Source of the DNA: an uncultured Nitrospiraceae bacterium
Lineage (GTDB): Bacteria > Nitrospirota > Nitrospiria > Nitrospirales > Nitrospiraceae
DNA: 64,000 nt
Reading direction: 5' to 3'
Assembly (NCBI GenBank): GCA_963846575.1
Contig: CAWJWJ010000002.1
Coordinates: forward strand, 2,368,001 to 2,432,000
The notes under the pieces were generated by a model. That model had not been told where the DNA came from. It saw only the letters and a program-made list of their open reading frames with translations, and did not search any database. Below, one piece after another: positions 59,849 through 64,000 of the stretch. Numbering within the stretch: position 1 is the first letter of the stretch; every line of letters starts with the position of its first letter. A program made the translations under genes and the position numbers.

Positions 59849-59864
59849 AGCAATCCACATGCCT
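59849..59864 (-). promoter_or_regulatory. sigma54 -24/-12 promoter of the FNT-efflux operon
   Basis: Minus strand AGGCATGTGGATTGCT (GG-N10-GC with TTGCT), about 80 bp upstream of the FNT start. Confidence 0.7.
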
Positions 59865-60164
59865 CCGGTCATTCACAGTTCGGTCCGCGTCGAGTTTTGT
59901 CGTGGCGCTGCCATCGAGTGTCCCAGAGCGACCATACTAATCAAGCTAGGGTTTCTTCCAGGGGGGAAATAGGGCGGGATCGCACTCGCGCACGGTGCGA
60001 AATCGCTCGAAAACAGAATACACCTGGAGGATAAGCGGGATACGCATGCGTTGGGATCCCCTCCGGGAGGTCCGACTCAGCCCGGCTCCAGCACTCGCCT
60101 CTGTCAACCAGGTTGCACAACGACGGCGCCGAAGACTACGATACTCTCGGAGACTAAAGGCCCC

Positions 60165-62120
60165 GTGAGCGACCTCCTAAGCAATTTACCCATCGCGCGT
60201 AAGCTGTTTCTTGCGTCGGTTATTCCTGCCCTGACAGTCCTTATCCTCAGTATATTGACCTACCGAAGCGTCGAGACATTTTCCGACGACGAAGGGCAAT
60301 TGAACGACATCTATTATTCCCAGCGGCTGGCCTCCGAATACCTCCGGCTTATCGTGGATCTCGAAACCGGATTCAGAGGCTTCGTATTGACGAACCAGGA
60401 ACACTATCTGTTTCCCTATCGAACCGCCCAAGATCACGTCTTGAACCTGGGCCGGACGCTGGAAGCGAAAGTCTATCAATATGATGACCAGCGGGCGCTG
60501 ATTGACTCCATCCAGAAATTGGTCAGACAGTTTATCGAGGAAAAGGAACAGCTGATCGAGGCGGTGAAAGCCGACCACACGAACGAGGCGCGACTCTATA
60601 TCGAGGAAGGCAAGGGGCGGGCGTTAATGCTGAAAATCCGCCAGGAGATGGGCCAGTTCGAGCATCTGGCGCAAGCCGCCCTGAACAACCGGCTGGTGAA
60701 ACTCGCTCAGGACCGCGACACCATGCTGATGACCATCTTGGGGGGCGGCCTCTTCGCGTTGATCTGTATGGTGGGAGTGCTGCACCTCATTGCCCACTCC
60801 ATCACCACGCCAATCGAACGGTTGGCCAAAGCCGTCGTCGCATCCGATAGTAATCCGGTTCCTCAAGTCCCCATTCTACCGGGCACGGATGAGATCGGAA
60901 ATCTCTCCCGGGTGATGCACGCCATGAGTTCGGCCATTCATTCCCACATTGCGACGGTCGAAGAATCGGAAGCGAACTTACGGCAATTGAACCAGGACCT
61001 GGCGGCATCGGAAGGTAAATATCGCAGTATCGTCGATCATGCGCCCTTCGGCATTTTTACCACGCGCGGCATGACCCTCGTCTTCAGCAACCGGTACAAC
61101 AGCACGCTCGCGGGACTCGACCCCAGGGAAGAGAAGAATCCGGACGCCGTCCGGCACGCCATTCACCCGGATGACCGGGAACGGGTCATCATGGAATTTT
61201 CCGAGGCAGTGGCCGAAGGGCGGCCGTACGAAACCGTCTTCCGGTTTCTCCATGCGGACGGGACCGTCCGTAAAGTCCTGAGCCGCCGCATCCCGATTCG
61301 AGACCAGGCCGGGCAAGTGGTGATGTATCAAGGATTCAATGTGGATATCACCGCGCTCGACCTGATGCAAACGCGCCTGCGCCGGGCGGAACGCCTCGCC
61401 ACCCTGGGACAGGTCGCCGCGGGCATCGCGCATGAAATCAGAAATCCGCTCGTCGGCATCGGCTCGACCACGTCGCTGCTGCTGGACGACATCGACCCCG
61501 GTGACGGGCGCCGCGCCGATCTGGAGGTCATTCTTCAGGAGACCAAACGTCTGGACCGTATCGTGAATCAAATCATCGACTATGCCCGTCCTCGTGAAAT
61601 CGTGGCGCTCGGTTTCGACATGGTACAGCTTGTGCACGAGGTTACGAAGCTCCTGGATGAACCGCTCGTGCGCAAGCAATCGACTATCCGCCTCTCTGCG
61701 CCGGCCGGTGCCTACACCGTTCAAGCAGACCGTGATCAATTGAAACAAGTGCTGCTCAATATTATTCAAAATGCGATCGAAGCCACTCCGCCGGGACATC
61801 CCATTACCGTGTCCCTGGCTCAGCTCGCGCACGGAGTCGAGTCAGGATTGGAGATTGTCGTTACCGACAGAGGCAGCGGAATCAGCCCTGCCCACCTGCC
61901 GCATGTGTTCGAGCCGTTCTTCACCAGCGGCAAACCGAGGGGCACGGGCCTGGGACTGGCGATTTGCAGAAACATTCTCGATGCGCACGGCGGAGACATG
62001 ACCCTGGAAAGCCGGTTAGGCGGCGGCACGACCGTTCGCATCTGGTGCCCGTTACGCCAACAGCCACAGCGAATGCAGGAAGAGGATACCCATGCGGGCC
62101 ACGATTTACGTCACGGATGA
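60165..62120 (+). CDS. Sensor histidine kinase, CHASE3-HAMP-PAS-HisKA-HATPase
   Basis: DLETGFRGFVLT (CHASE3), DEIGNL (HAMP), IHPDDRERV (PAS), AHEIRNPL, NIIQNA, DRGSGI, FEPFFT, GTGLGL; GTG start chosen. Confidence 0.92.
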   Translation: MSDLLSNLPIARKLFLASVIPALTVLILSILTYRSVETFSDDEGQLNDIYYSQRLASEYLRLIVDLETGFRGFVLTNQEHYLFPYRTAQDHVLNLGRTLEAKVYQYDDQRALIDSIQKLVRQFIEEKEQLIEAVKADHTNEARLYIEEGKGRALMLKIRQEMGQFEHLAQAALNNRLVKLAQDRDTMLMTILGGGLFALICMVGVLHLIAHSITTPIERLAKAVVASDSNPVPQVPILPGTDEIGNLSRVMHAMSSAIHSHIATVEESEANLRQLNQDLAASEGKYRSIVDHAPFGIFTTRGMTLVFSNRYNSTLAGLDPREEKNPDAVRHAIHPDDRERVIMEFSEAVAEGRPYETVFRFLHADGTVRKVLSRRIPIRDQAGQVVMYQGFNVDITALDLMQTRLRRAERLATLGQVAAGIAHEIRNPLVGIGSTTSLLLDDIDPGDGRRADLEVILQETKRLDRIVNQIIDYARPREIVALGFDMVQLVHEVTKLLDEPLVRKQSTIRLSAPAGAYTVQADRDQLKQVLLNIIQNAIEATPPGHPITVSLAQLAHGVESGLEIVVTDRGSGISPAHLPHVFEPFFTSGKPRGTGLGLAICRNILDAHGGDMTLESRLGGGTTVRIWCPLRQQPQRMQEEDTHAGHDLRHG

Positions 62121-63483
62121 CGAACCAGCCATTCGCAGCGCCGTTGTGAAACGCCTCTCGCGGCGTCACCACACCGTCACCGGCTTCGAGTCGGGAGAGG
62201 ACCTCATCAGGGCTGTGTCGCAGCATCTGCCCGACCTGGTTCTGCTGGACCTCAAGATGCCGGGCATGGGAGGGCTTGAGACGCTCCGGCAACTCCGCCC
62301 CCTTGCCCCGCAGACGCTCATCATCATGCTGACCGCGTATGGCACGGTCGAGGATGCGGTCGAAGCGATGCGGCTGGGCGCCTATGACTTTTTGATCAAA
62401 TCGGTGGATTTGTCCGCCGTCGATCCCGTGGTCGATCGAGCCCTCGAGTTTCTCGCGCTTCGCCAGCGCCTGGAGTTCTCGCTTGAAGATCAAAACAGCC
62501 CTTACGCCCTCTCCAACGTCGATGCGCGCAGTCCCGCCATGCAATTGTTGTTAGGGCAGGTTCGAGACGTGGCGCAGAATGCCAAATCGAGCGTCCTCCT
62601 CCAGGGTGAAACCGGGACGGGCAAGGAATTCCTCGCACGCGTCATTCACTGCAACAGCCCGCGGGCCACGGGCCCCTTCGTCGCCGTCAATTGCACGGCC
62701 ATTCCCAAGGAGCTCTTCGAAAGCGAACTGTTCGGCTTCGAACGGGGTGCTTTTACCGGCGCGCACCAACGCAAACGAGGACTGTTGGAAAAAGCCGAGG
62801 GCGGCAGCCTGTTTCTCGACGAAATCGGCGACCTGGACCCTGTCATGCAAGCCAAACTACTCCGGGTCCTGCAGGAACGAACGTTCCGGCGCTTAGGGGG
62901 CATGGAAGACCTGTCAGTGGATTTCCGCTTGATGACCGCGACCAATCGGGACCTCAAGCGGGAGACGGCGCGGGGCACCTTTCGCGAGGATCTCTATTTC
63001 CGGCTCAACGTCGTCACGTTCGAACTTCCCCCGCTGCGGGTCCGCACCGAGGATGTCCTTCCCCTCTGCAGGCAGGCCCTGCTGCGATTCGGAAAAGAGT
63101 TCGGCAAGGAGGTGGTGGATATCGAACCCGAGGCGCAAGACCTCCTCCAACGCTACAGCTATCCCGGCAATATCCGCGAACTCCAAAACATCATCGAGCG
63201 CGCCATGATCCTCTGTCATGACAAGACTCTGACCGCCGGCTGCCTGCCGAAAGAACTGCGTGACCAGACTCCGCAAATCGCGGTCGCTACGGCCCAGGGC
63301 GACCACCCCGCGTTACGGATCGAGATGGTGCTCGGCCAGCAAACGCTGGCGGATATCGAGTCGGCCCTGATCGAGGAAGTCGTGCGTCTCTCGGACCACA
63401 ACAAGACTCTGGCAGCCAAACACCTCGGGCTGACACGATTCGCCCTGGATCGCCGCCTCAAAAAACAGATGGAACACGATTGA
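62092..63483 (+). CDS. NtrC-family sigma54-dependent response regulator
   Basis: REC (DDE, LLDLKMP, TAYG, K), [22 protein letters not shown], Fis-type HTH. Confidence 0.94.
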   Translation: MRATIYVTDDEPAIRSAVVKRLSRRHHTVTGFESGEDLIRAVSQHLPDLVLLDLKMPGMGGLETLRQLRPLAPQTLIIMLTAYGTVEDAVEAMRLGAYDFLIKSVDLSAVDPVVDRALEFLALRQRLEFSLEDQNSPYALSNVDARSPAMQLLLGQVRDVAQNAKSSVLLQGETGTGKEFLARVIHCNSPRATGPFVAVNCTAIPKELFESELFGFERGAFTGAHQRKRGLLEKAEGGSLFLDEIGDLDPVMQAKLLRVLQERTFRRLGGMEDLSVDFRLMTATNRDLKRETARGTFREDLYFRLNVVTFELPPLRVRTEDVLPLCRQALLRFGKEFGKEVVDIEPEAQDLLQRYSYPGNIRELQNIIERAMILCHDKTLTAGCLPKELRDQTPQIAVATAQGDHPALRIEMVLGQQTLADIESALIEEVVRLSDHNKTLAAKHLGLTRFALDRRLKKQMEHD

Positions 63484-63569
63484 CTGCAGTGGCACGGCGC
63501 TCTCGTCATTCCCGTCTTGTACTGGAGCGATGCGGGGCGGATAATGCGTCGATGGTACAGGAGTCCGTC

Positions 63570-64000
63570 ATGACTCGTCATAACCGATGGGTTCTGCCGA
63601 TCGTCGCCGGAATCAGCTGCGGGCTTCTTGCCCTCGATTTATTCATGCCGCTGGGAGTGGCTATCGGCGTCCTGTATGCGGGGATTGTCCTCTTCGCCTC
63701 CTCCTCGTCCAATCCTCGTCTCCCCTTGATCACTGCCGTCTGTGCCACCGGACTCCTCGTCATCGGAGCGGTGCTGGGGCCGCGCCTGAGCAGCATTCCG
63801 GTCTGGGTGGGCGTGACGAATTGCAGCCTCGGATTGATCATTGTCTGGATCTCGGCCATCCTGCTCCACCAACGGCATCAGGCGGAAATTCACCTTCGCC
63901 AGGCCAAGGAGGAGTTGGAGGACCGGGTCGCCGCCCGCACGAAGGAACTGGCAGACGTGAACCGGTCGCTGATGAACGAAATCTCAGAACACATTGAAAC
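63570..64000 (+). CDS. Membrane sensor protein, probably a histidine kinase (N-terminal part only; runs off window)
   Basis: Hand translation MTRHNRWVLPIVAGISCGLLALDLFMPLGVAIGVLY... gives about 4 TM then the S-helix AKEELEDRVAARTKELADVNRSLMNEISEH; CAGGAG SD. Confidence 0.75.
   Translation, partial: MTRHNRWVLPIVAGISCGLLALDLFMPLGVAIGVLYAGIVLFASSSSNPRLPLITAVCATGLLVIGAVLGPRLSSIPVWVGVTNCSLGLIIVWISAILLHQRHQAEIHLRQAKEELEDRVAARTKELADVNRSLMNEISEHIE

Overview
Chromosomal window from a nitrite-oxidising Nitrospira (periplasmic Tat-type NxrA/NxrB, probably lineage I / N. defluvii-like). Left part: cell-division and ribosome housekeeping genes (envC', ftsXE, yraN, rnhB, rplS-trmD-rimM-rpsP, ffh). Next, uvrB lies back-to-back with a mutagenesis cassette made of an XRE-HTH/S24 LexA-like repressor, a catalytically degenerate ImuB/DinB-like protein and DnaE2, with no imuA. 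A perfect 19-bp palindrome overlaps the repressor's promoter and start codon. Middle part: DEAD helicase/RRM pair, M28 peptidase, a GT4-MFS-BON(repeat)-MFS-glucosidase cluster, TolC, an RNase Z-like protein, a uvrA homolog, an HDAC-pentaheme cytochrome-rhodanese-SmbP cluster and oligopeptidase F. Right part: nxrA-nxrB, interrupted by three 1-bp indels that look like assembly artefacts, within a sigma54-rich region. That region has a GAF-AAA+ activator with tandem CCACG-N6-CGTGG sites upstream of a -24/-12 nxrA promoter and a formate/nitrite channel-EmrB-OMF-EmrA operon with its own sigma54-like promoter. It also holds a CHASE3 kinase/NtrC pair, a stand-alone CHASE3 membrane protein and an unannotated 33-aa membrane peptide behind a sigma54-like promoter. 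No rRNA, tRNA, CRISPR array or mobile element was seen. All assignments come from motif reading and recalled family knowledge, not from database searches.
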